Of a DNA stretch of 64,000 nucleotides, positions 31,916 to 40,980 are shown one piece after another (within the stretch, counting starts at the first letter, position 1; every line of letters begins with the position of its first letter). The translations under genes were made by a program, and so were the position numbers. The notes under the pieces are model-generated. The model was not told the origin of the DNA. It saw only the letters and a list, made by a program, of their open reading frames with translations, and ran no database searches. The stretch is taken from the NCBI GenBank assembly GCA_021777355.1, contig JAJYDO010000001.1, positions 2,941 to 66,940 on the forward strand, given 5' to 3'. Source of the stretch: Actinomycetes bacterium (GTDB lineage Bacteria > Actinomycetota > Acidimicrobiia > Acidimicrobiales > JABEUL01).

Positions 31916-34338
31916 ACAACTCCCGAACACAAAAAGTTGCCATCGTAACGAACGTACTCTCGTCCTACCGCGTTCCTTGTTTCCAAGAGCTAATGTCGTT
32001 GTCGAAAGATCCCGTTTCTATTTTTATACTCGATAATTCGCTACACGAGCGCGAGTATATCCAACGAGGGGCGAACGCAAATATCCAAGTCACATATCTC
32101 CCAGGCAAGTCATGGCGCAGACAGCCATTCGATGATATTCATCTCAATGATATCCGTCCGATCGTGAAAGGTCGCTTTAAAATCATAATCTTGGGCGGAT
32201 GGCATGAACCTACCTACCTTATTCTTTGGCTCTGGGCACTCCTGACTCGACGTCAGACTTTATTTTGGGTGGAATCAACTTCGGCCGACAGTAGCCGTTC
32301 AGGATGGAAGGAGGCGGCAAAAAAATACCTGCTTGCCCGCACATGGGGTTGTATCGTCCCTGGAGAAGCATCACGATCTTACTGCCTGCAATTAGGGGTG
32401 GCCCCCGAGCGGATTTTCGTCGCTCCCAATGCAACAAACCGCGAGTATTTCAAGGCAAAGGCTGATGAGCTTATTCCCAAGCGGACAGACTTGCGGCGTT
32501 CCCTTGAGTTAAACCAGCAAACGGTACTCTTTGTTGGCAGGCTTGTCGAGAGACTAAAGGGAGTATCGAACCTTATTTCCGCGTGCGCGACTCTGAGTGG
32601 CTCAGAGAAGATAACTCTGGTGTTAGCTGGCGATGGTCCAGATAGATTGCGCTATGAAGCCGAAGCCAAAAATTTAGGGGTTAAATTGCGTGTAACCGGA
32701 TTTCTTACCCCAGAAAAGCTCTCTGAATATTATGCGGCAGCTGATCTTCTAGTCCTTCCGAGCCAGTCAGAACCCTGGGGATTCGTGGTAAATGAGGCTA
32801 TGGAATTTGGTCTCCCTCTTGTGATTTCACAGGCTGCCGGATGCGGCCCAGACCTTGTGAAAAATGGCATTAACGGGATTTTAGTTGATCCTGAAAATGT
32901 ATCTCAGATTGCGGACTCCATCAATCAAATCCTAGATAGTCCCAATAGAGCGAAAGAGATGGGTAGGGCTTCGCGGGAAGCAATACAAAATTTTAGTCCT
33001 CAAAAATGGGCAAACGGAGTCCTTGGAGCAGTAGAGTCATGCAAAGCCACCTCAAGCTCAGGATCATCTACCAATAAGAATTTCGAGAATAGGCGAATAT
33101 TGCTTTTCAACCCGTGGCAGCCACTAATTGGTCCCAACATCTACTTGGAAGAGCTTTTTAATGAGTGTCCTGAACTCGCTGGCCACTCTATTGTGGTCTC
33201 TCCATTCGAGAAAACTTTAGATATCTATTCAAACCTTGGATGCGAAGTGGAAATCTGGCCGGAGGCGAAGCTTATCCACCCTCCCCGTACTTGGCTGGGC
33301 ATGAGAGACTTGATGGCTGCAAACACAGTTGATTTGGTCAGAATTGTCCACAGGGTAAACCGCCTAAAGCCATCGGTGATAGTTACGAATACGGAGAATA
33401 TGTGGGCCAGTGGCATTGCTTCTAGAGTGTTAGGCATACCGCATATACAGGTGTACCACTCTATGCTTGTGGACTATCGTTTAGCTAACCACCCAAGATT
33501 TCGTAACTTTTATTTAAAATTGATGTCTCAACTTTCTACCTTCATAGTTCCAGTTTCCAATACTTTGGCTGTTTCATTAAAAAGAGGCGGGATGCCCGAA
33601 AAGAAACTACAGGTAGTGCCGAACTCGATTGCGATAAATCCTATTGTTAATTCTGAAACGAAACGCTTCCGCTTGAGCCCAACGGACACTGCAAAATTTT
33701 CTGACGTTGTTGCTGGCCTGGATGAGACTATCGAGGGGTCACCCATAATAGTCTCAGTTGGATTGTTCAGCAGCGTAAAAGGACAGGATATATTAATCGA
33801 AGCTCTACCCGACGTGATAACCGAATTTCCGAATCTTGTGTGCCTTTTGGTCGGGGACGAGATGGATATCGACGCTTCTCTACAGGGAGCCTCAATGGAT
33901 CTCGATACCCAGCGTATACATGGAGAATTTCGAGAACAACTTGTAGCGCGCATGGAAGAGCTTGGAATCGATAAAAACGTAAGATTGCTGGCGCGTTATA
34001 AAAATGTCCGCGATATTTTGCGAATGGCAGATTTGTGTGTCCAGCCATCTCGTACAGAATCGTTCGGCCGTGTCGCAGCAGAAGCGCTTCTGGAAGGAAC
34101 TCCGGTTATAGTTAGCGATGCAGGAGGCATGCGAGAAGCTGTAGGACCTGGCGGATGGATAGTAAGCACTGGAGATGTACCTTCTTTGACGCAGGCCATC
34201 CTTGAAGTACTTAGAGATTGCGAATCTGCTAGAGTTCGAGCTGAAGAGGGGCGGAGGTATGTAAGCGCACAATTTTCACCTTCAGAGTGCTCAGCAAAAT
34301 TCGTGGAGGTACTTCGGCATGCAGGATACACTTTCTAG
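31912..34338 (+). CDS. Fused double glycosyltransferase (two GT4-like GT-B modules)
   Basis: There are two EX7E motifs: EPWGFVVNEAMEFGLPLV in module 1 and ESFGRVAAEALLEGTPVI in module 2. The Ser-rich linker CKATSSSGSSTNKN separates them. Confidence 0.85.
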   Translation: MNNSRTQKVAIVTNVLSSYRVPCFQELMSLSKDPVSIFILDNSLHEREYIQRGANANIQVTYLPGKSWRRQPFDDIHLNDIRPIVKGRFKIIILGGWHEPTYLILWLWALLTRRQTLFWVESTSADSSRSGWKEAAKKYLLARTWGCIVPGEASRSYCLQLGVAPERIFVAPNATNREYFKAKADELIPKRTDLRRSLELNQQTVLFVGRLVERLKGVSNLISACATLSGSEKITLVLAGDGPDRLRYEAEAKNLGVKLRVTGFLTPEKLSEYYAAADLLVLPSQSEPWGFVVNEAMEFGLPLVISQAAGCGPDLVKNGINGILVDPENVSQIADSINQILDSPNRAKEMGRASREAIQNFSPQKWANGVLGAVESCKATSSSGSSTNKNFENRRILLFNPWQPLIGPNIYLEELFNECPELAGHSIVVSPFEKTLDIYSNLGCEVEIWPEAKLIHPPRTWLGMRDLMAANTVDLVRIVHRVNRLKPSVIVTNTENMWASGIASRVLGIPHIQVYHSMLVDYRLANHPRFRNFYLKLMSQLSTFIVPVSNTLAVSLKRGGMPEKKLQVVPNSIAINPIVNSETKRFRLSPTDTAKFSDVVAGLDETIEGSPIIVSVGLFSSVKGQDILIEALPDVITEFPNLVCLLVGDEMDIDASLQGASMDLDTQRIHGEFREQLVARMEELGIDKNVRLLARYKNVRDILRMADLCVQPSRTESFGRVAAEALLEGTPVIVSDAGGMREAVGPGGWIVSTGDVPSLTQAILEVLRDCESARVRAEEGRRYVSAQFSPSECSAKFVEVLRHAGYTF

Positions 34339-35238
34339 CCCGACGTCGGATAATTGACGGCGCCATCTATATTTGACCTTTCGCACACAAACCTCTTTGG
34401 GTTTAGTATTTACCTTTTACGAGTCTGATTTTCAAAAATACCATCTGTCGACTACTGGTTTTAAAGCTGGAGGGACACACCTCTCCAACTATTTATTTCC
34501 GTTTTATCAAAGTGGTGTTAGCAAACGAGTAATGCACAGTGAACAATTTCCCATGCCGTCACATCCGAGGCCAACCAAGATAAGACAAAGTTACAAAAGA
34601 AATCCAACCAGAAAACGAAACTCTCATTTTTTGGGACCAAGAAAAGTTATGATTTCCATACATCATCTGTTGTAATTGTCTTCGTAAAACTTTCTCAGCA
34701 TCGGATAGGAACTAATATCCTGCGGCCTAATTGCCTGCCCAACTAAAACGATGGCCCGTAAACTTGTAAAATCAAGTTGCTTAATCCTGCCACTTCAGTT
34801 TTTGCCTAAGTATTTGAACGGGCTCTTAAGAGTAAATTTAACCGCCAAAATGTCACCGGTTGTCAAGTTGCCAAAGAGGAGAAAACGTCATATAACTTTA
34901 AGGATACAAATTCATTATTGCCAGAAATCATTTAAATGCCAAGACAATGTAATTATTTGAAATATTGCTCTGCATTATTTAAATTTAAATAGAGAGTTCA
35001 CTTCACCGAATTATTTACTGAGCCAAGTTCAGAAGATTTGCAATAAATGTGCCCGCTAATTAGCCAGCTCTTACACCTTCAAAAAATTGAATGTAATTGT
35101 TGGGTTCACTTAATATTGGTAGAGAAAAAGACCAAATGTTGGATTTTCCCTAAACCCCCAAGTTTGTTTTTCCATTCTTTGTACTTGCTTCCTACAGTAA
35201 TATGGACTTAAGTTCATGGAAACTGATATGATCAGAAA

Positions 35239-35865
35239 ATGGAAATCTCGAAGTTTGAGACAAAACAAGAGGAATTCTGGGCAGGAATTTCTGGCGACGA
35301 GTACATTGAGCGCAACTGTGACTCGACAACCATTGCCGCTAACATGGCTTTATTTTCCGAAGTGCTTAGAAGAACGAAGGAAGTAAATTCTGTCTTAGAG
35401 CTTGGATCGAATATAGGATTGAACCTTCATGCAATTCACAACCTTCTGCCCCATATTGATATTTCTGCAGTCGAGATCAATGAAAAGGCGGTTGCAAGGT
35501 TAAGAAAAGAGGATTGGATTGACATTCATCATGAGTCAATTCTCACTTTTTCTCCTGAAAGGAAATGGGACTTTGTTTTTACGAAAGGAGTCCTAATACA
35601 TTTGAACCCAGATACACTTCCAAGAGTTTATGACCTTTTCCATGCGGCAAGTTCTCGCTATATTATGGTAAGCGAATATTACAGTCCACAACCAGTAGAA
35701 ATTACATATCGGGGGCATAAAGATAGGCTGTTTAAGCGCGATTTCGCAGGAGAGATACTGGACCATGCGCCTGGCTTTGAACTAGTAGATTACGGGTTTA
35801 CATATCACAGGGATCGGCACTTTCCGCAAGATGATATCAACTGGTTCTTGTTAGAGAAAATATAA
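35239..35865 (+). CDS. Small SAM-dependent methyltransferase resembling the pseudaminic-acid-biosynthesis-associated methylase family
   Basis: EEFWAGISGDEYIERN at the N-terminus and VLELGSNIGLNL as motif I. It is ~200 aa and sits 475 nt upstream of pseB. The family assignment is from memory. Confidence 0.6.
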   Translation: MEISKFETKQEEFWAGISGDEYIERNCDSTTIAANMALFSEVLRRTKEVNSVLELGSNIGLNLHAIHNLLPHIDISAVEINEKAVARLRKEDWIDIHHESILTFSPERKWDFVFTKGVLIHLNPDTLPRVYDLFHAASSRYIMVSEYYSPQPVEITYRGHKDRLFKRDFAGEILDHAPGFELVDYGFTYHRDRHFPQDDINWFLLEKI

Positions 35866-36340
35866 GAGCCTATTTGGCACGAAAAGTACTTCTCGATTTC
35901 AAAAAAGGATCTCTTTAAGGAATGGTGACGCTGGAAGCGGGAGATTCTTTAAACGATTTAGTGCGCAGTTTTGATGGCGAAGGAAATTTCTACTCTAATT
36001 TGGCACTGGTTTGAACCAGGTCAAATTAGAATTGATATTCGAATATTTTCCCACCGCAAATGCCTTTAGAGGATTCGGAAATCATTGTAGTATTTCCCCA
36101 GAAAGCACTACAGTCAAAGCAATCTGGCAACTAGCTGGTTACAGAGAGTAACAAGGAAATGCGAGGCAAAGGTGTAAAGTTTTAGTAAAGTCACTAGAAT
36201 TGCGAATATTTATGTAATGTGGAGATACAGGACTACGGGTCCAGGTATCATGTAATAATTATGATTTGTTTGTTAATAATGTATGCCTTGCATACTCGTA
36301 ATATTGAGTCTGACCTCCCTAATTTTAAGGTCAGTCAATT

Positions 36341-37324
36341 ATGAATAGTTATGAGCAGCTTGACGACCAGGTAATCTTATTAACAGGAGGTACTGGATCT
36401 TTTGGACGCGCATTTGTTAAAGAAGTACTGCAAAAATCAAGCGCGACTATTCGCATATTCAGCCGAGATGAGTTGAAACAGCATGATTTGAGCCTAGAGT
36501 TAGAAAATTATAATGACCGGATCCGTTTTTTTCTAGGTGACGTTAGAGATAAGCCAAGGCTAACACGTGCTGCTAAAGGCGCTAATATTCTGATTCACGC
36601 CGCTGCCTTGAAGCAAGTTCCGGCTTGTGAGTACAACCCATTTGAGGCAGTCCAAACAAATGTAGTTGGTGCGGAAAATGTGGTCGACGCTGCCATAGAT
36701 GCTCAAGTAGCTAAAGTAATTGCCGTTTCTACCGATAAGGCGGTAAATCCAGTAAATCTTTATGGCGCCACTAAGTTATGTGCCGAAAAAATCATAGTTC
36801 AGGGAAATGCTTACGCATCTCGAAGCGAAACAAAACTGTCGTGCGTAAGATATGGCAATGTGGTTGGATCAAGAGGTTCCGTTTTACCTTTGTTTCTTAA
36901 GCAGAAAGCATCGGGGTGCTTTACAATTACAGATACTCGTATGACTAGGTTCTGGATTACATTACCCCAAGCAGTTGAACTTGTTATTACAGCGCTAAGT
37001 ATAATGAAGGGAGGAGAAATATTCATTCCTAAAATCCCATCAATGAAAGTTACTGATTTGGCAAGGGCAATATCTCCGGATGCCAAACAAAATGTGGTTG
37101 GCATCCGTGCCGGCGAGAAACTTCATGAGATCCTTTTGACTTCTGAAGAGAGCCGCCATGCGGTGGAACGTGATGGGATGTACGTTATTTTTCCAGAGCA
37201 TCCGTGGTGGGGAGTTGATCGATCAGATGAAAATGATATTGCACTCCCGGAGGGAATGGTGTATTCAAGCGATTCAAACGAACACTGGTTGACAAGCAAA
37301 GAAATTGAAACCCTGATTCGATGA
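36341..37324 (+). CDS. pseB: UDP-N-acetylglucosamine 4,6-dehydratase (inverting)
   Basis: ILLTGGTGSFGRAF, IFSRDELKQ and YGATKLCAEK (YxxxK). It is 327 aa and the first gene of the pse operon. Confidence 0.88.
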   Translation: MNSYEQLDDQVILLTGGTGSFGRAFVKEVLQKSSATIRIFSRDELKQHDLSLELENYNDRIRFFLGDVRDKPRLTRAAKGANILIHAAALKQVPACEYNPFEAVQTNVVGAENVVDAAIDAQVAKVIAVSTDKAVNPVNLYGATKLCAEKIIVQGNAYASRSETKLSCVRYGNVVGSRGSVLPLFLKQKASGCFTITDTRMTRFWITLPQAVELVITALSIMKGGEIFIPKIPSMKVTDLARAISPDAKQNVVGIRAGEKLHEILLTSEESRHAVERDGMYVIFPEHPWWGVDRSDENDIALPEGMVYSSDSNEHWLTSKEIETLIR

Positions 37325-38415
37325 TTCCTTATGGCCATCAATCAATTAATGATGACGACATTGCAGCTGTCACGCAGATCCTAAAAGGTGACTGGCTTAC
37401 TCAAGGACCAGCAGTTGAGGAATTCGAAGAAGCCTTATGCAGCTACACTGACGCTAAGTTTGCCGTTGTTTTTTCAAGTGGAACGGCGGCATTACATGCT
37501 GCTTGTGCGGTCGCCGGATTTGGGCCAGGAAACAGTATCTATACTTCGGCATTAACCTTTTCAGCCAGTGCGGCATGCGCCCTTTACGTTGGAGCTGAAC
37601 CTCGCTTTCTTGATATTTCTCCGGACACATTGAATATGGATTTAAGTCTTCTGCCTCCGAATGCCGATGGCCTAATTGCAGTTCATTATGCAGGGCTCCC
37701 TATTGACTTTGCAAAAATGCCCTATCGACCTGGAATAATAATTGAAGATGCATCTCATGCACTCGGCGCCATTGGGAAGAATGGCCCTATTGGTAATTGT
37801 GCGGATTCTGATATGTGTACTTTTTCCTTCCATCCCGTGAAAGCTATCACCACCGGCGAAGGTGGCGCGGTGACTACTAATTCAAAGGCTCTGGCTAATT
37901 CACTCAGAACTTTTAGAAGTCACGGAATTGTTCATAAACAAGAACAAGGTAATTGGTTCTATGAAGTCGATTCAATCGGTTTTAATTACCGTTTAACTGA
38001 TATTCAATCGGCTCTTGGCCTAAGCCAGCTAAAGAGATTGGATCGATTTATCGAAAGGCGCAACGAAATTGCGAGTCGCTATAGAGAGTTACTCCAAGAT
38101 CTTCAGGTGACTTGCCCCCCAAGTGCTCCAGTAGGCTCAACTCACGCCTATCATCTATTCCCGGTTAGGGTTAAAAATCGGCGAGCGATATTTGACTATT
38201 TGAGAAATGCTGGAATCGGTGCTCAAGTGCATTATATTCCTCTTTACAAGCATCCTTTATATGCTCGCACAGGAAGCCAGTTCCAGTTTCCTTCAACCGA
38301 AACAGTTTATGGCGAGCTACTCTCGTTGCCTATTTTTCCAGATTTAACAGATGCAGATCAGGATATAGTGATTGAAGTCCTTGGCAAAGCTTTGAATGAG
38401 GTACCTGATAAATGA
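37321..38415 (+). CDS. pseC: UDP-4-amino-4,6-dideoxy-N-acetyl-beta-L-altrosamine transaminase (DegT family)
   Basis: MIPYGHQSINDDDI...LTQGP N-terminus. The PLP-lysine block is FSFHPVKAITTGEGG, with the Lys codon at 37840-37842. ATGA overlap with pseB. Confidence 0.85.
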   Translation: MIPYGHQSINDDDIAAVTQILKGDWLTQGPAVEEFEEALCSYTDAKFAVVFSSGTAALHAACAVAGFGPGNSIYTSALTFSASAACALYVGAEPRFLDISPDTLNMDLSLLPPNADGLIAVHYAGLPIDFAKMPYRPGIIIEDASHALGAIGKNGPIGNCADSDMCTFSFHPVKAITTGEGGAVTTNSKALANSLRTFRSHGIVHKQEQGNWFYEVDSIGFNYRLTDIQSALGLSQLKRLDRFIERRNEIASRYRELLQDLQVTCPPSAPVGSTHAYHLFPVRVKNRRAIFDYLRNAGIGAQVHYIPLYKHPLYARTGSQFQFPSTETVYGELLSLPIFPDLTDADQDIVIEVLGKALNEVPDK

Positions 38416-38894
38416 ATGAGTTAACCCTTCATCTAGCTTCTGCAAAAGACGCCAGTTTAATATTCGGTATACGCAATCTGCCTGAGAGTATCAAGTTTAG
38501 TGGAACCGGGCAGCCCGTGACAGAAAACGAGCACTTTGTTTGGTTTGAAAATTTACTGAAGGATAAAGGTCGCAGACTTTGGATTTTAAACGACGGCATT
38601 GATGATATTGGATTCGTCAGAGTTGATTTGCTAGATGAGGCCGTGGGTCAGATTGGCCGGGTAAGTATTGGAATCAAAAGAGAGAGTCGCGGACATAATT
38701 ATGCGAGTCAAGCCCTCGGATTACTAACTTTGCAGCTTAAGGATATGCGTGACTTTTACGTTGAGAGATTAAGAGCTTTTGTGCATTTCGACAACATAGC
38801 TTCAGTAAAGACATTTAGAAAAGCCGGTTATGCAGAAGTTAACACTGAAAATCCATTTGTTACTTTCGAGATCCTATTGAGTAATGAGAGTTAA
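38412..38894 (+). CDS. pseH: GNAT N-acetyltransferase, PseH-like
   Basis: IFGIRNLPESIKF, EHFVWFENLL and NIASVKTFRKAGY. ATGA overlap with pseC, and the position between pseC and pseG is as expected. Confidence 0.75.
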   Translation: MNELTLHLASAKDASLIFGIRNLPESIKFSGTGQPVTENEHFVWFENLLKDKGRRLWILNDGIDDIGFVRVDLLDEAVGQIGRVSIGIKRESRGHNYASQALGLLTLQLKDMRDFYVERLRAFVHFDNIASVKTFRKAGYAEVNTENPFVTFEILLSNES

Positions 38895-39897
38895 TACGAC
38901 CAAGTCTGGGACACTATGGCTTAGAACAGGTTCATCACCCGATATTGGTTTAGGGCATCTTATGCGTACTTTAGCAATTGCAGAAAGCGCGCATAGGCAA
39001 AACCTGAGATGCTGCTTTGTAATTGACAACAATACCGATGTGGATCGTATACGAGCCGTTGCTGACAACGTTCAAACTGTATATTCAGTTAATGATGATA
39101 TGTGGACATCCTCAATATCGTCGGGAGATTTTGTCGTGTTTGACGGTTATGAATATAGTGGAGACAATTTTCGCCACGCTAATGATGCCGAAGCAGTCGT
39201 AGCTTGCTTTGACGATTTCGGGATCTCTTTCCCTGCCGGGGTTCTAGTTATTGATATTAGCGAAGCTGGTGGAGAAGGTCCCGTGGACAAGGATCATCAA
39301 AACTCTAGACATTCTAATCGGCTTGTAGGCCCTCATTACGCTCCGATTCGGAGCGAATTTTTTCCGTTCCGCCGCCACAGGGAAGATCCAATTGAAACAA
39401 TCGTAATAAGCCTCGGTGGTTCCGACATGGGAACGCTCACTCAGGAAGTTACACGTTCAATTCTCCATTTGAAAGATAAATATAACGTAGTAGCGATAAT
39501 CAACCAAGACAAGCTTGCCGGAAAGGAAGCAGACTGGCCAACTGATGTGGAAGTTATTTACTCGCCCCCTAGAGTCGGAGACATTTTTGATCGAGCCGAT
39601 TTAGGAATATGCACTGCAAGCACTACTGCTCTAGAAATGGCCTTCATGGGAATTCCAACATTACACTTGCAAGCGACTAATAATCAGAAGGCGATGGCCA
39701 ACATGCTTACAAAATATCAAATATCATATTCACTTGGAACCAATTTGGGAGATCTAGAACAAATTATTTACATGATGAATGAAAGTGCGATTCGATCGTC
39801 ATTGAGTAGGCGAGCATTGGAGACCATTGATGGAATGGGAGCCGAGAGGATATTAAAAACAATGGTCGAAGCACACCCTAATGTAAGGCGGGCATAG
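38884..39897 (+). CDS. pseG: UDP-2,4-diacetamido-2,4,6-trideoxy-beta-L-altropyranose hydrolase, PseG-like
   Basis: RTGSSPDIGLGHLMRTLAIAE N-terminus, SLGGSD, and a GT28-C-like fold length. It overlaps pseH by 11 nt. Confidence 0.78.
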   Translation: MRVNTTKSGTLWLRTGSSPDIGLGHLMRTLAIAESAHRQNLRCCFVIDNNTDVDRIRAVADNVQTVYSVNDDMWTSSISSGDFVVFDGYEYSGDNFRHANDAEAVVACFDDFGISFPAGVLVIDISEAGGEGPVDKDHQNSRHSNRLVGPHYAPIRSEFFPFRRHREDPIETIVISLGGSDMGTLTQEVTRSILHLKDKYNVVAIINQDKLAGKEADWPTDVEVIYSPPRVGDIFDRADLGICTASTTALEMAFMGIPTLHLQATNNQKAMANMLTKYQISYSLGTNLGDLEQIIYMMNESAIRSSLSRRALETIDGMGAERILKTMVEAHPNVRRA

Positions 39898-39900
39898 AAA

Positions 39901-40980
39901 TTGTCAAATGGAGATTTAATTTCAACGTGCGTGAAGATTGGAAGCAGCCGGGTTGGACTCGGTGAGGAGGCCTACATTATTGCCGAGCTTTCTGGAAATC
40001 ATCTTGGAAAACTTGACAATGCTATTGAGTTACTTCGCGCAGCTAAAAATGCTCGGGCTAACGCGGCCAAACTCCAGACATACACAGCTGACTCCATGAC
40101 AATAGATTCAGATGCTGATATATTTAAGCTACCCGAAACTTCGCTTTGGAAAGGTTACACTTACTACCAGCTATACAAAGAAGCTGCAACACCGGCTGAG
40201 TGGCTTCCAAAACTTAAAAAAGAAGCAGTTCGGCTGGGAATAGATCTTATTTCATCTCCGTTCGACAATGAGGCCGTTCGTATTCTAGATGAACTTGACT
40301 TTCCTGCTCTGAAGATTGCTTCGTTTGAAGTGGTTGACCTTAAATTGATTCAGAGTGCGGCATCCACCGGACGGCCAGTAATTATTTCAACAGGTATGGC
40401 CACGCTGGCAGAAGTTGATGCTGCCGTAAATGCCGCAAGATCAGTAGGCGACGGGGGAATAATTTTACTTTATGCCAGCAGCGCATACCCTGCGCCCACT
40501 TCCGACATGGCATTAAGGACTATCCCGCATATGATTAAGACGTGGAATTTGCCGGTTGGGTTGTCAGATCACACACAAGGAATACATGCGGCAGTCGCGG
40601 CAGTCGCTCTTGGTGCCAATGTTATTGAAAAACACTTGACTCTGCGACGATCAGATGGCGGGCCTGATGCAGAGTTTTCGATGGAGCCAGACGAATTTAA
40701 AAAGCTGGTGTCGTCAGTGCGTGAAGTCGAAAGCACATTAACGCGAGTTCGATATGGACCATCTCCTGGCGAAATAGTAAGCCTCAACTTTCGTCGCTCG
40801 CTTTTCGTCGTAAAGGATATGGAAGCAGGAGAAAAATTTAGCGAACAGAATGTACGCTCGATTCGGCCTGGTTACGGATTGCCGCCCAAGGAATGGAACC
40901 AAATTGAGGGCAGAGTTGCACGTGGTGCAATAAAGCGGGGAACCCCTCTTCAGTGGGATTTAGTAGGTGATATTGGTTAA
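39901..40980 (+). CDS. pseI: Pseudaminic acid synthase
   Basis: YIIAELSGNHLGKLDNAIELLRAAKNARANAAKLQTYTADSMT carries the QTY variant typical of PseI. A C-terminal SAF domain is present. The start is TTG 39901 or GTG 39931. Confidence 0.85.
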   Translation: MSNGDLISTCVKIGSSRVGLGEEAYIIAELSGNHLGKLDNAIELLRAAKNARANAAKLQTYTADSMTIDSDADIFKLPETSLWKGYTYYQLYKEAATPAEWLPKLKKEAVRLGIDLISSPFDNEAVRILDELDFPALKIASFEVVDLKLIQSAASTGRPVIISTGMATLAEVDAAVNAARSVGDGGIILLYASSAYPAPTSDMALRTIPHMIKTWNLPVGLSDHTQGIHAAVAAVALGANVIEKHLTLRRSDGGPDAEFSMEPDEFKKLVSSVREVESTLTRVRYGPSPGEIVSLNFRRSLFVVKDMEAGEKFSEQNVRSIRPGYGLPPKEWNQIEGRVARGAIKRGTPLQWDLVGDIG

